Virus record (IMG/VR): IMGVR_UViG_2588253749_000004
DNA: 54,473 nt
Strand: one strand, 5' to 3'
DNA from: a virus
Taxonomy: Duplodnaviria > Heunggongvirae > Uroviricota > Caudoviricetes
Shown: positions 25,220 to 36,935 of the stretch, piece by piece
Layout of the letters: every line of letters begins with the position of its first letter
How positions within the stretch are numbered: position 1 is the first letter of the stretch
Made by a program: the position numbers and the translations under genes
The notes under the pieces: model-generated
Seen by the model: the letters and a program-made list of their open reading frames with translations, nothing else
What the model was told of the DNA's origin: nothing
Databases searched by the model: none

Positions 25220-27312
25220 CCTCCGGAAGTCAGCCAGGGGTTAACATCGTCAGTTACTGTTTTCTTCCGTTTTTGTTTTTTAACAGGCGTGGATACCGGT
25301 TCCGGTGTGGGTGACGGTTCGGTACTGTCCGGGACACACTCCAGCCAGGTTTCCCGGCTCGCCCACTCCGGTGCATCCGGCCAGCGGATCTTTTCGTATC
25401 CATGCAGAATGACCAGAGCCTCGGCATACACCATCAGGTCAAAAGCTTCGTTGGCACCGCGACCCGGCTTACTCCATTTCCCGTCACTGCTCCGCTCTTC
25501 ATACGTCAGTTCGTCGTAAAACCAGCTCCCCAGCCAGTCAGGGAAATGCACATAGCCGGGACCTGGCGAGTCACGCCATAACGCGTTATTCACCCGGTCT
25601 TTCAGGGCATCCGTCTGAAGAAGCCAGAGCGGCACATCACCTGCGGCCTGCGCCCGGCGGCCCGTTCGTCCGGTGTTATCAGGGAATGTACGGCTGATCA
25701 GTTTTGCGCGCCGGATGCTGTCACCCTTAAACAGGTAAATACGTTTACCAAGGCCATCACGACGGCAACGACGCCAGAATTTATAGGCATTATCAGTGAC
25801 CCCGTCTTCACCGCCGGAGTCCACCGCCATTGCCATCAGTCGCATTTGTTGAGAAGGATCGGAGGCCAGCGACCAGCTTTTATGAAAAACATCCGTCAGC
25901 AGGACATCCCAGTCTTCCGGATAGCTGGCCGGATCAATTCGCTGGCTCTCCCCGTCGCTGTCACCGCGCAATGACTGCGTGATGTTGTAACGATCAATAA
26001 TCCAGCGTTCGCCACGGCTGCCATAGCCCGTTACCTGAACCACAAAACGGCGATGACGTCCCGCCTGCACATCCACTGTCGCCACAAGGAAATTAACGCC
26101 ATCCGGCACACTGCGGGAAGGAACTGGCTCTGCCCGCTGCTCAAGCAATTCACTTTTTCGTTGCTCCATGCTGGCGCGGGGAAGATAAGGTAATCCCCAG
26201 TCGGTATTGATAACCGTCTTGAGTGTCTCTTCACTTCCGGTTGTCTCGTATTCCTGTTCTGCAGTAAGCAGTTTGTAAACGAGTTGCGAGAGTGTCTGAT
26301 AAGCAGCTGCCGGACCCTCCATCCAGAATGACGCAATACGTGAACGCCGGGGATCACCATAACGACTGCCATCTGCATTGATGGATTCACCATCCCGTAA
26401 CCAGACCCCACGTCCGTTCAGCTCGCGTTTTTGTTCAGGCAAAATCCGTCCTGAACAGGAAGGACACTGAATATAAGCCGCCTCACTTGCCAGCACAGGA
26501 TCGGCAATATCACGGAAACCAGCAACCACATCGCCGCAGGGCTGAAAATACTCACCACAGTGTGGACAGGGCCAGTACCAGCGACGGCGATCGCCACGGT
26601 TATAGAGCGACAGGATCCCCGTGGTTGGTGGAGCCTCATGCGGTGAAGTCCGTCGCCATTTCACATCCTTCACATCCCTGCCGGGGGAACTCTCCACCAG
26701 CGTCATACCACTGGACATAAATGTGGTGGTACGTTTTGAGGCAAGAGAGAAGGCATCCCCCTCACCATCAATATCTTCCGGAAAACGGTCATAATCCGTC
26801 AGCGCCACGCATTTATAATCTGATGAAGACATGATATTGACTGACGGCCAGCCGATTTTCAGGTAGTTGCCAGCAAGGAATGTTCTGTCATAAACGTTGT
26901 TGTCATTTTTGTTCGGACTCAGGCGACTGACCACTTCCGGGCTGACGCGAAACGTTCTGGCGAGTCGTTTTTTGGAGTGTTCGCGGGCTTTTTCCTCCGT
27001 CATCTGAATGATCAGCATATCAGCAGGATCGCAAATCACGTTGTAAATCACCCAGCCGTCAATCAGGCCGATAGTCTTGCCGGTTCGTGCCGGGCCAACA
27101 AATATCACTGCGTCGTATTCACGCGAGGCCAGGCAGTTCATAGGCTCAATAACATACGGTGCCACCAGCGGATCCCACGGGACTGAGTTCCCTGCCCCCA
27201 TAGGCACCCGCATATACTGAGCAACGGCATCAGCAACCCGCATTCGTCTCGGTGCGCGAAGGATATAACCTGAATCGGTTCGTGCTGCCTTTGCGGTTTC
27301 CTGATTCAGCAT
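25210..27312 (-). CDS. A: Terminase large subunit (gpA-like)
   Basis: 700 aa; putative Walker A-like segment VGPARTGKT; position after Nu1 and before W/B. Confidence 0.9.
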   Translation of the reverse strand: MLNQETAKAARTDSGYILRAPRRMRVADAVAQYMRVPMGAGNSVPWDPLVAPYVIEPMNCLASREYDAVIFVGPARTGKTIGLIDGWVIYNVICDPADMLIIQMTEEKAREHSKKRLARTFRVSPEVVSRLSPNKNDNNVYDRTFLAGNYLKIGWPSVNIMSSSDYKCVALTDYDRFPEDIDGEGDAFSLASKRTTTFMSSGMTLVESSPGRDVKDVKWRRTSPHEAPPTTGILSLYNRGDRRRWYWPCPHCGEYFQPCGDVVAGFRDIADPVLASEAAYIQCPSCSGRILPEQKRELNGRGVWLRDGESINADGSRYGDPRRSRIASFWMEGPAAAYQTLSQLVYKLLTAEQEYETTGSEETLKTVINTDWGLPYLPRASMEQRKSELLEQRAEPVPSRSVPDGVNFLVATVDVQAGRHRRFVVQVTGYGSRGERWIIDRYNITQSLRGDSDGESQRIDPASYPEDWDVLLTDVFHKSWSLASDPSQQMRLMAMAVDSGGEDGVTDNAYKFWRRCRRDGLGKRIYLFKGDSIRRAKLISRTFPDNTGRTGRRAQAAGDVPLWLLQTDALKDRVNNALWRDSPGPGYVHFPDWLGSWFYDELTYEERSSDGKWSKPGRGANEAFDLMVYAEALVILHGYEKIRWPDAPEWASRETWLECVPDSTEPSPTPEPVSTPVKKQKRKKTVTDDVNPWLTSGGWL

Positions 27313-27806
27313 TACTCCTCCTGCTGTAATTCCTCCTCATCATCCGCACCTGCTTCAGTCACCCGCAGGGCTATCTGATCGCGCAGATCATCAATAATGG
27401 ACTGAACACGGCTCACAGCGGCAGGCTGCAGACCGCAGTCACGTTCAAGAATATCCGGTAATGTCTCCAGCACCTGCACGACCGCTTTTGCCCAGATGGC
27501 AAACTCCCGTCTGACATCACTGGCCGGAATGAGTTGTGCCGTTTCCTGTTCGAACTTAAGACGCTCACGTTCAGACTGATACCAGGCTTTGCGCTCATGC
27601 GCGTCCATTTCGCCTTCTGCAACCGGCGGTGGTAATGCCAGAAATGCCGACACAATATCAACCACCCGATAAAGCTTGAGGTTGCTTTCATGCCCCCCTG
27701 CAACGGGTAGATTTTGCAGCCTTGCCGCAGCAGTCTGGCGATGTACACCTGACAATGCCGCCAGTTGACTGATATTCAGCGTCAGATTTTTTAACTCTCG
27801 ATCCAT
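27312..27806 (-). CDS. nu1: Terminase small subunit (Nu1-like)
   Basis: 164 aa with N-terminal HTH (LNISQLAALSGVHRQT); its stop overlaps the A start. Confidence 0.8.
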   Translation of the reverse strand: MDRELKNLTLNISQLAALSGVHRQTAAARLQNLPVAGGHESNLKLYRVVDIVSAFLALPPPVAEGEMDAHERKAWYQSERERLKFEQETAQLIPASDVRREFAIWAKAVVQVLETLPDILERDCGLQPAAVSRVQSIIDDLRDQIALRVTEAGADDEEELQQEE

Positions 27807-27959
27807 ACCCGCTCCAGAATGTTTTAAACATGCATCTTGCGAACAACTTTAGGCAAACGGTGTTAGCGATGAACAAAAAACAATCAGAATCGACACCATA
27901 AAAATAAAACCACTGTAATATCAATAAATTACAGTAGTGGTGATGACGAATAAAATTTC

Positions 27960-28000
27960 AAAAACTAGCCTTTTTCCGCGACGCTCCCGCCCCGTGGCAG
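27960..28000 (-). other. Candidate cos site (cosN-like)
   Basis: Minus strand reads acGGGGCGGGAGCGTCGCGGaaaaa, resembling lambda cosN (GGGCGGCGACCTCGCGGG); about 170 bp upstream of Nu1. Confidence 0.4.
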
Positions 28001-28358
28001 GGACCCCCACTGGGAGGACCCGACAGCCTGACAACCGTGACGAGCATCTGAAACAGAGCTTTACATAATGGCATGGGGATAATTCAGAAGGACATCACAG
28101 CATGCCCACACAAATTAGTGTGAGTGTCCTGTTTCTTACTACGCGCAGGACTGACGAGCATGAGGGGAAAATACGCGAACCGAAATGCCTTATCTTCAGA
28201 AATGCAGCCGGCATCCGAACTGGACGATATTGTAAATTCACCTAAATACGAGGCATTGCTGTAGTTGAATTGCAGTACTGTATTAGCCTTACAGTGACAG
28301 AATACGATATTGACTCTGTCACTTGTGAAATGGTCAGAATGGTTAGCAGTTATGGTGA

Positions 28359-28565
28359 TCAGTCAACCACCAGGGAATAATCCTTCGTATTCTTATCGTG
28401 CTTTACTAACGCGGCCTCAATTGCCCTGAATGCTTCCAGAGATACTTGATGTTCTATACATGCAATTACAACATCCGGGTAACCCATCGAAATGGTGCTA
28501 TTAAGCATAGTTTTTACACGAACCTGCTCCTGGGAGGGGGCATCAGTGTATTGATCTTTATGCAT
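28359..28565 (-). CDS. Small hypothetical protein (68 aa)
   Basis: ATG at 28565 with GGAG RBS; the longer track ORF (to 28670) borrows its N-terminus from the IS end, and an in-frame stop exists in the pre-insertion sequence. Confidence 0.5.
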   Translation of the reverse strand: MHKDQYTDAPSQEQVRVKTMLNSTISMGYPDVVIACIEHQVSLEAFRAIEAALVKHDKNTKDYSLVVD

Positions 28566-28659
28566 TTTGTCGCTCCATTCGTTTGCTCGTAAGCGTACAG
28601 CCTGAACCGTCTGGTCAGAATCTGACGAATTAGACAAAGTGGTGTCCACCAAATAAGTA

Positions 28660-29061
28660 GTGGGAACCAAAGTGTCAGATATGCAGAAAAATGTGACTCC
28701 CGGCAGGCGAAAAGGCTGCCCTAATTATCCTCCCGAATTTAAACAGCAGCTCGTTGCTGCCTCCTGTGAACCCGGGATATCCATCTCAAAACTTGCTCTT
28801 GAAAATGGCATTAACGCCAATCTGTTGTTCAAATGGCGACAACAATGGCGCGAGGGAAAGCTGCTATTACCTTCTTCAGAGAGCCCCCAGCTACTTCCTG
28901 TGACTCTCGATGCAGCTGCCGAACAGCCAGAATCGCTCGCAGAGGACCCGAAAACCCTCAGTATCAGCTGTGAGGTAACGTTCCGGCACGGGACGCTCCG
29001 CTTCAATGGCAATGTCAGCGAAAAGCTCCTGACTCTGCTGATACAGGAACTGAAGCGATGA
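28660..29061 (+). CDS. tnpA: IS66-family accessory protein TnpA (Orf1)
   Basis: 133 aa with HTH; first gene of the IS66 three-ORF arrangement. Confidence 0.85.
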   Translation: MGTKVSDMQKNVTPGRRKGCPNYPPEFKQQLVAASCEPGISISKLALENGINANLLFKWRQQWREGKLLLPSSESPQLLPVTLDAAAEQPESLAEDPKTLSISCEVTFRHGTLRFNGNVSEKLLTLLIQELKR

Positions 29062-29405
29062 TCCCGTTACCTTCCGGGACCAAAATTTGGCTGGTTGCCG
29101 GTATCACCGATATGAGAAATGGCTTCAACGGCCTGGCGGCAAAGGTGCAGACGACGCTGAAAGACGATCCGATGTCAGGTCACGTTTTTATCTTCCGTGG
29201 GCGTAATGGCAGTCAGGTAAAGCTCCTCTGGTCTACCGGCGATGGACTGTGTCTGCTGACCAAACGGCTGGAGCGCGGCCGCTTCGCCTGGCCGTCAGCC
29301 CGGGATGGCAAAGTGTTCCTCACACCGGCACAGCTGGCGATGCTCCTTGAAGGTATCGACTGGCGGCAGCCTAAAAGACTGCTTACGTCCCTGACTATGT
29401 TGTAA
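29058..29405 (+). CDS. tnpB: IS66-family TnpB (Orf2)
   Basis: 115 aa; overlaps the tnpA stop (ATGA). Confidence 0.85.
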   Translation: MIPLPSGTKIWLVAGITDMRNGFNGLAAKVQTTLKDDPMSGHVFIFRGRNGSQVKLLWSTGDGLCLLTKRLERGRFAWPSARDGKVFLTPAQLAMLLEGIDWRQPKRLLTSLTML

Positions 29406-29453
29406 GCCTCTTTATCCTGGTCGACGCTGAATGAGCCTGGTAATATACCCGGT

Positions 29454-30992
29454 ATGAGCAGCTCACTTCCTGACGATATCAATGCACTGAAACGTCTCCT
29501 TGCCGAACAGGAGGCGCTGAACCGTGCCCTGCTGGAAAAGCTGAACGAGCGTGAACGCGAAATAGACCATCTGCAGGCACAGCTGGATAAGCTGCGCCGG
29601 ATGAACTTCGGCAGCCGCTCCGAAAAAGTCTCCCGTCGTATCGCACAGATGGAAGCTGACCTGAAGGCACTTCAGAAAGAAAGTGATACCCTTACCGGTC
29701 GGGTTGACGACCCGGCCGTGCAGCGCCCGCTGCGTCAAACCCGCACCCGCAAACCGTTCCCCGAATCACTCCCCCGCGATGAAAAACGGCTGCTGCCGGC
29801 AGCGTCATGCTGCCCGGAATGTGGAGGCTCACTGAGCTATCTGGGTGAGGATGCCGCCGAACAGCTGGAGTTGATGCGCAGCGTCTTCCGGGTTATCCGG
29901 ACTGTACGTGAAAAGCATGCCTGTACTCAGTGCGATGCCATCGTGCAGGCCCCCGCGCCTTCACGGCCCATCGAGCGGGGTATCGCAGGACCGGGGCTGC
30001 TGGCCCGCGTGCTGATCTCAAAGTATGCAGAGCACACCCCGCTGTACCGCCAGTCTGAAATGTACGGCCGCCAGGGCGTGGAGCTGAGTCGTTCACTGCT
30101 GTCGGGCTGGGTGGATGCATGCTGCCGGCTACTGTCACCGCTGGAAGAAGCGCTTCAGGACTATGTGCTGACTGACGGTAAGCTCCATGCTGATGACACG
30201 CCTGTCCCGGTGCTGTTGCCAGGCAATAAGAAAACGAAGACCGGGCGGTTATGGACCTACGTTCGTGACGACCGTAACGCCGGGTCAACGCTGGCGCCGG
30301 CGGTGTGGTTCGCTTACAGCCCGGACAGAAAAGGCATCCATCCGCAGACCCATCTTGCGGGGTTCAGTGGTGTACTGCAGGCGGATGCATACGGCGGGTT
30401 CAACGAGCTGTACCGGGATGGCCGGATAACGGAAGCCGCCTGTTGGGCTCACGCCCGCCGTAAAATCCACGATGTGCACGTTCGCACCCCGTCAGCCCTG
30501 ACGGAGGAAGCGCTGAAACGGATCGGCGAACTGTACGCCATCGAGGCAGAGATAAGGGGAATGACGGCGGAGCAGCGCCTTGCCGAACGTCAGTTGAAAA
30601 CGAAACCGCTGCTGAAATCCCTGGAAAGCTGGCTGCGTGAAAAGATGAAAACCCTGTCGCGACACTCAGAACTGGCGAAAGCGTTCGCATACGCCCTGAA
30701 CCAGTGGCCGGCGCTGACGTACTATGCAGATGATGGCTGGGCTGAGGCGGACAATAACATCGCTGAAAATGCGTTGCGGATGGTCAGTCTGGGCCGCAAA
30801 AACTACCTGTTCTTCGGTTCGGATCATGGAGGAGAGCGGGGAGCGCTGCTGTACAGCCTGATCGGGACGTGCAAACTGAACGGAGTGGAGCCAGAAAGCT
30901 ACCTCCGCTATGTCCTTGACGTCATAGCCGACTGGCCGATAAACCGGGTCGGCGAACTGCTCCCCTGGCGCGTAGCACTGCCGACTGAATAA
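29454..30992 (+). CDS. tnpC: IS66-family transposase TnpC (Orf3)
   Basis: 512 aa; leucine-zipper N-terminus, CxxC zinc motif, DDE-type core. Confidence 0.88.
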   Translation: MSSSLPDDINALKRLLAEQEALNRALLEKLNEREREIDHLQAQLDKLRRMNFGSRSEKVSRRIAQMEADLKALQKESDTLTGRVDDPAVQRPLRQTRTRKPFPESLPRDEKRLLPAASCCPECGGSLSYLGEDAAEQLELMRSVFRVIRTVREKHACTQCDAIVQAPAPSRPIERGIAGPGLLARVLISKYAEHTPLYRQSEMYGRQGVELSRSLLSGWVDACCRLLSPLEEALQDYVLTDGKLHADDTPVPVLLPGNKKTKTGRLWTYVRDDRNAGSTLAPAVWFAYSPDRKGIHPQTHLAGFSGVLQADAYGGFNELYRDGRITEAACWAHARRKIHDVHVRTPSALTEEALKRIGELYAIEAEIRGMTAEQRLAERQLKTKPLLKSLESWLREKMKTLSRHSELAKAFAYALNQWPALTYYADDGWAEADNNIAENALRMVSLGRKNYLFFGSDHGGERGALLYSLIGTCKLNGVEPESYLRYVLDVIADWPINRVGELLPWRVALPTE

Positions 30993-31309
30993 CACATCCC
31001 CGTCAATACGGTTCTTGCTGCACGCTTACGTTTGCTCTTCACTTGCGGCTAAAAATATAACGTCAAATCACTCAGCATGAAAGAGTGAAAGTTTCAGCGC
31101 GTTTCCCTTACATAATCTGTCGTTTGTATTCTCTTCAGGCATACCGGAAAGACTAGGTATTGTCACATAACCAATACCATCGACAATCGAGATTTATATC
31201 TATTCGGTAATGTTTAAATATAACAAAACCCCGTAAAAACGAGGTTTATGGGTAATTTGTATTGTTGAATAGCATCTGATGAGAAATTGATGCTAATACT
31301 ATAAACATG

Positions 31310-31483
31310 CTAGATTAAATCAATCTTGATATCATAGCTTTCAAGACCAGTCATTTTTTCCCGTGCAGTAAACTGGATACTGGTAACTTCTTTCCCGGTC
31401 TTTTTCTTAAGCTCAATGATTTTTTTTGTTATATATTCAGAAATATCTGCTTCTGTTTTTGTTTTTAACTCTTCAATGTTCAT
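31310..31483 (-). CDS. gnsB: GnsA/GnsB-family small protein
   Basis: 57 aa from the internal Met: MNIEELKTKTEADISEYITKKIIELKKKTGKEVTSIQFTAREKMTGLESYDIKIDLI, matching my recollection of GnsA/GnsB. Confidence 0.8.
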   Translation of the reverse strand: MNIEELKTKTEADISEYITKKIIELKKKTGKEVTSIQFTAREKMTGLESYDIKIDLI

Positions 31484-31747
31484 CATTTCCTCTTTTAGTC
31501 TGTTATGACTGTCCTGGTACACAGTAGTGTCAATTATATGGAGCAAACGTATAAAAGATAAGATGAAACATCGCAATAATCAACATACGACGGTCTAAAT
31601 TTCACACAAACAGATAAAGATGATTATCATTTATTATCAATGCATTAGAATCAAATTAGACTGGCCCCCTGAATCTCCAGACAACCAGTATCACTTAAAT
31701 AAGTGATAGTCTTAATACTAGTTTTTAGACTAGTCATTGGAGAACAG

Positions 31748-32113
31748 ATGATTGATGTCTTAGGGCCGGAGAAACGCAGACGGCGTACCACACAGGAAAA
31801 GATCGCAATTGTTCAGCAGAGCTTTGAACCGGGGATGACGGTCTCCCTCGTTGCCCGGCAACATGGTGTAGCAGCCAGCCAGTTATTTCTCTGGCGTAAG
31901 CAATACCAGGAAGGAAGTCTTACTGCTGTCGCCGCCGGAGAACAGGTTGTTCCTGCCTCTGAACTTGCTGCCGCCATGAAGCAGATTAAAGAACTCCAGC
32001 GCCTGCTCGGCAAGAAAACGATGGAAAATGAACTCCTCAAAGAAGCCGTTGAATATGGACGGGCAAAAAAGTGGATAGCGCACGCGCCCTTATTGCCCGG
32101 GGATGGGGAGTAA
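31748..32113 (+). CDS. insC: IS2 OrfA (InsC)
   Basis: 121 aa starting [14 protein letters not shown]. Confidence 0.95.
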
Positions 32114-32976
32114 GCTTAGTCAGCCGTTGTCTCCGGGTGTCGCGTGCGCAGTTGCACGTCATTCTCAGACGAACCGATGACTGGATGGATGGCCGCCGCA
32201 GTCGTCACACTGATGATACGGATGTGCTTCTCCGTATACACCATGTTATCGGAGAGCTGCCCACGTATGGTTATCGTCGGGTATGGGCGCTGCTTCGCAG
32301 ACAGGCAGAACTTGATGGTATGCCTGCGATCAATGCCAAACGTGTTTACCGGATCATGCGCCAGAATGCGCTGTTGCTTGAGCGAAAACCTGCTGTACCG
32401 CCATCGAAACGGGCACATACAGGCAGAGTGGCCGTGAAAGAAAGCAATCAGCGATGGTGCTCTGACGGGTTCGAGTTCTGCTGTGATAACGGAGAGAGAC
32501 TGCGTGTCACGTTCGCGCTGGACTGCTGTGATCGTGAGGCACTGCACTGGGCGGTGACTACCGGCGGCTTCAACAGTGAAACAGTACAGGACGTCATGCT
32601 GGGAGCGGTGGAACGCCGCTTCGGCAACGATCTTCCGTCGTCTCCAGTGGAGTGGCTGACGGATAATGGTTCATGCTACCGGGCTAATGAAACACGCCAG
32701 TTCGCCCGGATGTTGGGACTTGAACCGAAGAACACGGCGGTGCGGAGTCCGGAGAGTAACGGAATAGCAGAGAGCTTCGTGAAAACGATAAAGCGTGACT
32801 ACATCAGTATCATGCCCAAACCAGACGGGTTAACGGCAGCAAAGAACCTTGCAGAGGCGTTCGAGCATTATAACGAATGGCATCCGCATAGTGCGCTGGG
32901 TTATCGCTCGCCACGGGAATATCTGCGGCAGCGGGCTTGTAATGGGTTAAGTGATAACAGATGTCTGGAAATATAG
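32071..32976 (+). CDS. insD: IS2 OrfB transposase (InsD)
   Basis: 301 aa with DDE integrase core; overlaps insC (frameshift fusion expected). Confidence 0.95.
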
Positions 32977-32991
32977 GGGCAAATCCACAAA

Positions 32992-33222
32992 TCAATTCAA
33001 GAGTCTCATTGCTGCTTCCAGAATTTCTTCTGAAGTTACATGTCGATCCGCTGCTACATAAATGACTTTATGATCTCCGGTCAGAGATGGAAACCCTGCG
33101 GCCATTACAGTGAGGTGTGTTTTTTCGCCATTTGGATATTCACGCATGATGGTGTTAACTCCAGTCATCGCTGGCACTACCACTGCTGGTTCAGAGTTAA
33201 AAAAAACTATGATTTTTTTCAT
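32992..33222 (-). CDS. Small hypothetical protein (about 76 aa)
   Basis: ORF from the internal Met MKKIIVFF; its TGA stop overlaps the IS2 target-site duplication. Confidence 0.4.
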   Translation of the reverse strand: MKKIIVFFNSEPAVVVPAMTGVNTIMREYPNGEKTHLTVMAAGFPSLTGDHKVIYVAADRHVTSEEILEAAMRLLN

Positions 33223-33493
33223 GATGTTACCGTAGTATGTGAGTATCCATCGAATAGATACCAAGCAAAAAAGCTCCCGAAGGAGCCTTCATTTTCACTT
33301 TTTTAAATCCAACGACAGACGGCTGGCATTTAAGTATTGTGAAATATTATCAAATGTAATCATCATTGATTTACAAAAGATACATTTTGCCCCGAAAGGA
33401 TTCATGTCAGAAACATCAAAAGATGATGTTCTATACTGGGAACCATGACAACACGGGCATCTAAAGTGAATATGGTTTGTAATATTGTCTACC

Positions 33494-33706
33494 TCAAAGC
33501 GCCACTACATGAACAGCGGCAGGACCTTTAGGTCCGTTCTCAATACCAAATTCAACTTCCTGATTCTCAGTTAATGTTTTGAAATCGTTGCTCTGAATTG
33601 CTGAGAAATGGACAAACACATCTTTGCTGCCATCTTTCGGCGTGATGAAACCAAAACCTTTTTCAGGGTTAAACCATTTCACTAAACCAGTCATTTTGTT
33701 AGACAT
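33494..33706 (-). CDS. cspI: Cold-shock protein CspI-like
   Basis: 70 aa; CSD motifs [12 protein letters not shown] and VFVHF. Confidence 0.9.
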   Translation of the reverse strand: MSNKMTGLVKWFNPEKGFGFITPKDGSKDVFVHFSAIQSNDFKTLTENQEVEFGIENGPKGPAAVHVVAL

Positions 33707-34069
33707 AATTATTACCTTTTGAAGAAATTAGCCCTTGGGCAGAATGGTCCGAAAAAAAATATCAGAGAGAAAAACCAACAAGGAAATCTCAAGAGGTACA
33801 AATAATAAAATTATAACAATGACTGCTTCAGATAAATTTGTAACAAACCAGAACACCATTAACGCATGATTAACCACCCATAGCAAGGATTACTTTTGTA
33901 AAGAAAAACACAGCAATGAAAGAATAGCTTTATTTATTAATAATAACGTGTCATTCTGATTAAGACCTTTTATCTTACCCTTAAGATTTCAGGAATTTTG
34001 GCTCATGGAAGAGTCCTTTTTATTTAAATTTTACATTCCGCGATGTAAATGTTCCGATTTAATATTACC

Positions 34070-35093
<1,024 letters not shown>

Positions 35094-35097
<4 letters not shown>

Positions 35098-35405
35098 AGA
35101 TATTTATGATGAGGACGCTCGTGCTTATTGGCAGGATTTTCAATCTTAAAGGAGTACTGATGCTGCAGATAAGACTCAACTTTTTCTGACAATTTTTCTG
35201 CTACTTCCAGGAAGACTTGCCGGACGCTCATTCTGGCTGCTGCCTCATAAAACTCCAGCGCAGCTCCTTCAACACGGTCCATGGCGACATCCAGGCCAAA
35301 AATTTCACCGTCAAAGCGTTCTTTGTCCTGTAAGGCTACAGTTACCGTAACTTTATTCTCAAAATTACGGACTCCTTTCACAACCAGTTCATAGTCTTGA
35401 GTCAT
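35094..35405 (-). CDS. ydfR: YdfR-like protein (DUF1327)
   Basis: 103 aa between holin and endolysin, as in Qin. Confidence 0.75.
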
Positions 35406-35409
35406 TGGA

Positions 35410-35625
35410 TTACTCTCCTCTCGCAGCCTTACGCCTGTCTTCTTTAATCTTGAAATAAAGATTTGTCAGATACGTCAGCATGCCAAATACCAGACTACCC
35501 AATACACCTATTGCCGCCCACTGTGAGGGCGTGACTTTATCGAGCAACTGTAAAAACCAGTAGCCAGCACTGCCTGCAGAGGTGCTGTAGGCGATGCCCG
35601 TTGTTAACTTATCCATGGATTTCAT
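35410..35625 (-). CDS. Pinholin (phage 21 S21-type class II holin) with dual-start motif
   Basis: 71 aa starting MKSMDK (Met1/Met4 dual start); sequence closely matches my recollection of S21; two TM segments. Confidence 0.85.
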   Translation of the reverse strand: MKSMDKLTTGIAYSTSAGSAGYWFLQLLDKVTPSQWAAIGVLGSLVFGMLTYLTNLYFKIKEDRRKAARGE

Positions 35626-35815
35626 AGCCTCACCTCCGCAGATAACGGATGGTGTACACGGTTTGGTTCGAAGAAGGAAAGAAGTTACATTAGCGTAAGG
35701 CCCGAACATCTATTCAAAAAGAAAAACGCCAGCAATTATTCTGGCGTAGCTAAAAATATCGTATAATCTTACACTTCAAAAAATAACTTTATAAAATGCC
35801 ATCACATCATATCTT

Positions 35816-36538
35816 CTAAGAAAATCTTGATAAATATTGGTGCGGAGGCACACCAAAATATCCTCTAAAAACACTTACAAAATATGATGCATTGTCATAC
35901 CCGCATATTCCCGCCACCTTGCCGACAGTATGGTTACTGTAGATCAATAATCTTTGCGCCATCATCATTCGTTCTTCAAGAATTAATTTACTAAACGATA
36001 ATCCTTCGTCTTTTAATTTTCTTTTTAACAAACTCTCGCTCATATATAATCTTGAAGATATATCACAAAGTCTCCATGACGCTGAGATATCCGAGTGAAT
36101 AATAGCCTTAACTTTACAACCTAAGCTATTAAGACTTCCGAACAAAAAACTTTGCACTATTTTCTCTGAAGATAAGACAGCAAGACATGCAAGTGATATT
36201 TGATTTCTAACTACATCCACGGTTTTGCTATCACAATTCAAGCATGCAACCAAGTTCTTTAACAATGAAAAATCTTCACATTCTACTATCAAGTATGACG
36301 GATAAAACCTTCTTACAGAAAAAGGTGAGAGTGTGTAGTTTTTAAAGAAATCATTAACTGTTTTCTCCTCAACATCTACGATCATTAGATGATCTGTATT
36401 TGACGAAAAAAGATCTTTTAAATTGTATTCAATGAGGACAGCATTTCCTTTTTTAAACAAAATATCTTCTTTACCAATTCGGACACCAAACGAGTTCAAC
36501 ACCAAAATGATAGAACATATGTATGACATATTATCCAC
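35816..36538 (-). CDS. AraC-family transcriptional regulator (AppY/GadX/YdeO-like)
   Basis: 240 aa; C-terminal AraC-type HTH; visibly AT-rich gene. Confidence 0.8.
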   Translation of the reverse strand: MDNMSYICSIILVLNSFGVRIGKEDILFKKGNAVLIEYNLKDLFSSNTDHLMIVDVEEKTVNDFFKNYTLSPFSVRRFYPSYLIVECEDFSLLKNLVACLNCDSKTVDVVRNQISLACLAVLSSEKIVQSFLFGSLNSLGCKVKAIIHSDISASWRLCDISSRLYMSESLLKRKLKDEGLSFSKLILEERMMMAQRLLIYSNHTVGKVAGICGYDNASYFVSVFRGYFGVPPHQYLSRFS

Positions 36539-36935
36539 CTGATATCATTGGGGTTACACCAGGTAAGTATAGGTGGAAAATCAATATTCGCCAGTTCAAC
36601 AATAAGGAAAATCTCATTGCATCACAACTATAAAACCATGTGTTTAACTCACAAAAAACAAATCATTAAACTAATCTGTTATATTATAATAGCTGCGTGC
36701 AATAATAATATTATATGCTCTTTATATTCACTTGAAATATCTTCATATAAAAACAGATTGAATAAAATCTTTTGGGGTTGGTATGTTTACCAACATTAAA
36801 TTGCATCTCAATGTTTTCTTTAGCGTGAACAGGATTTTTATAAAAAATGACACTATGAGCATCATAGCGTAGTTTTTACGATTGTAAATATCCTGCATAC
36901 AGGAACTCATCACTTTCAGATGATATCGCATACAG

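Larger units (their letters stand above)
28589..31029 (+). mobile_element. IS66-family insertion sequence (2441 bp) with 8-bp target-site duplication GTTTGCTC
   Basis: Terminal inverted repeats begin GTAAGCG at both ends; GTTTGCTC at 28581-28588 and 31030-31037; three ORFs typical of IS66. Confidence 0.88.
31657..32987 (+). mobile_element. IS2 (IS3 family, 1331 bp) with 5-bp target-site duplication CAAAT
   Basis: Left end TAGACTGGCCCCCTGAATCTCC, right end ...GGGGCAAATCCA; CAAAT at 31652-31656 and 32988-32992. Confidence 0.95.

Noticed and set aside
28359-28670. 103-aa ORF as listed in the ORF track
   Set aside because: Its first ~27 codons are read from the IS66 terminal repeat and an in-frame stop precedes the gene in the pre-insertion sequence; the real gene is the 68-aa version starting at 28565.
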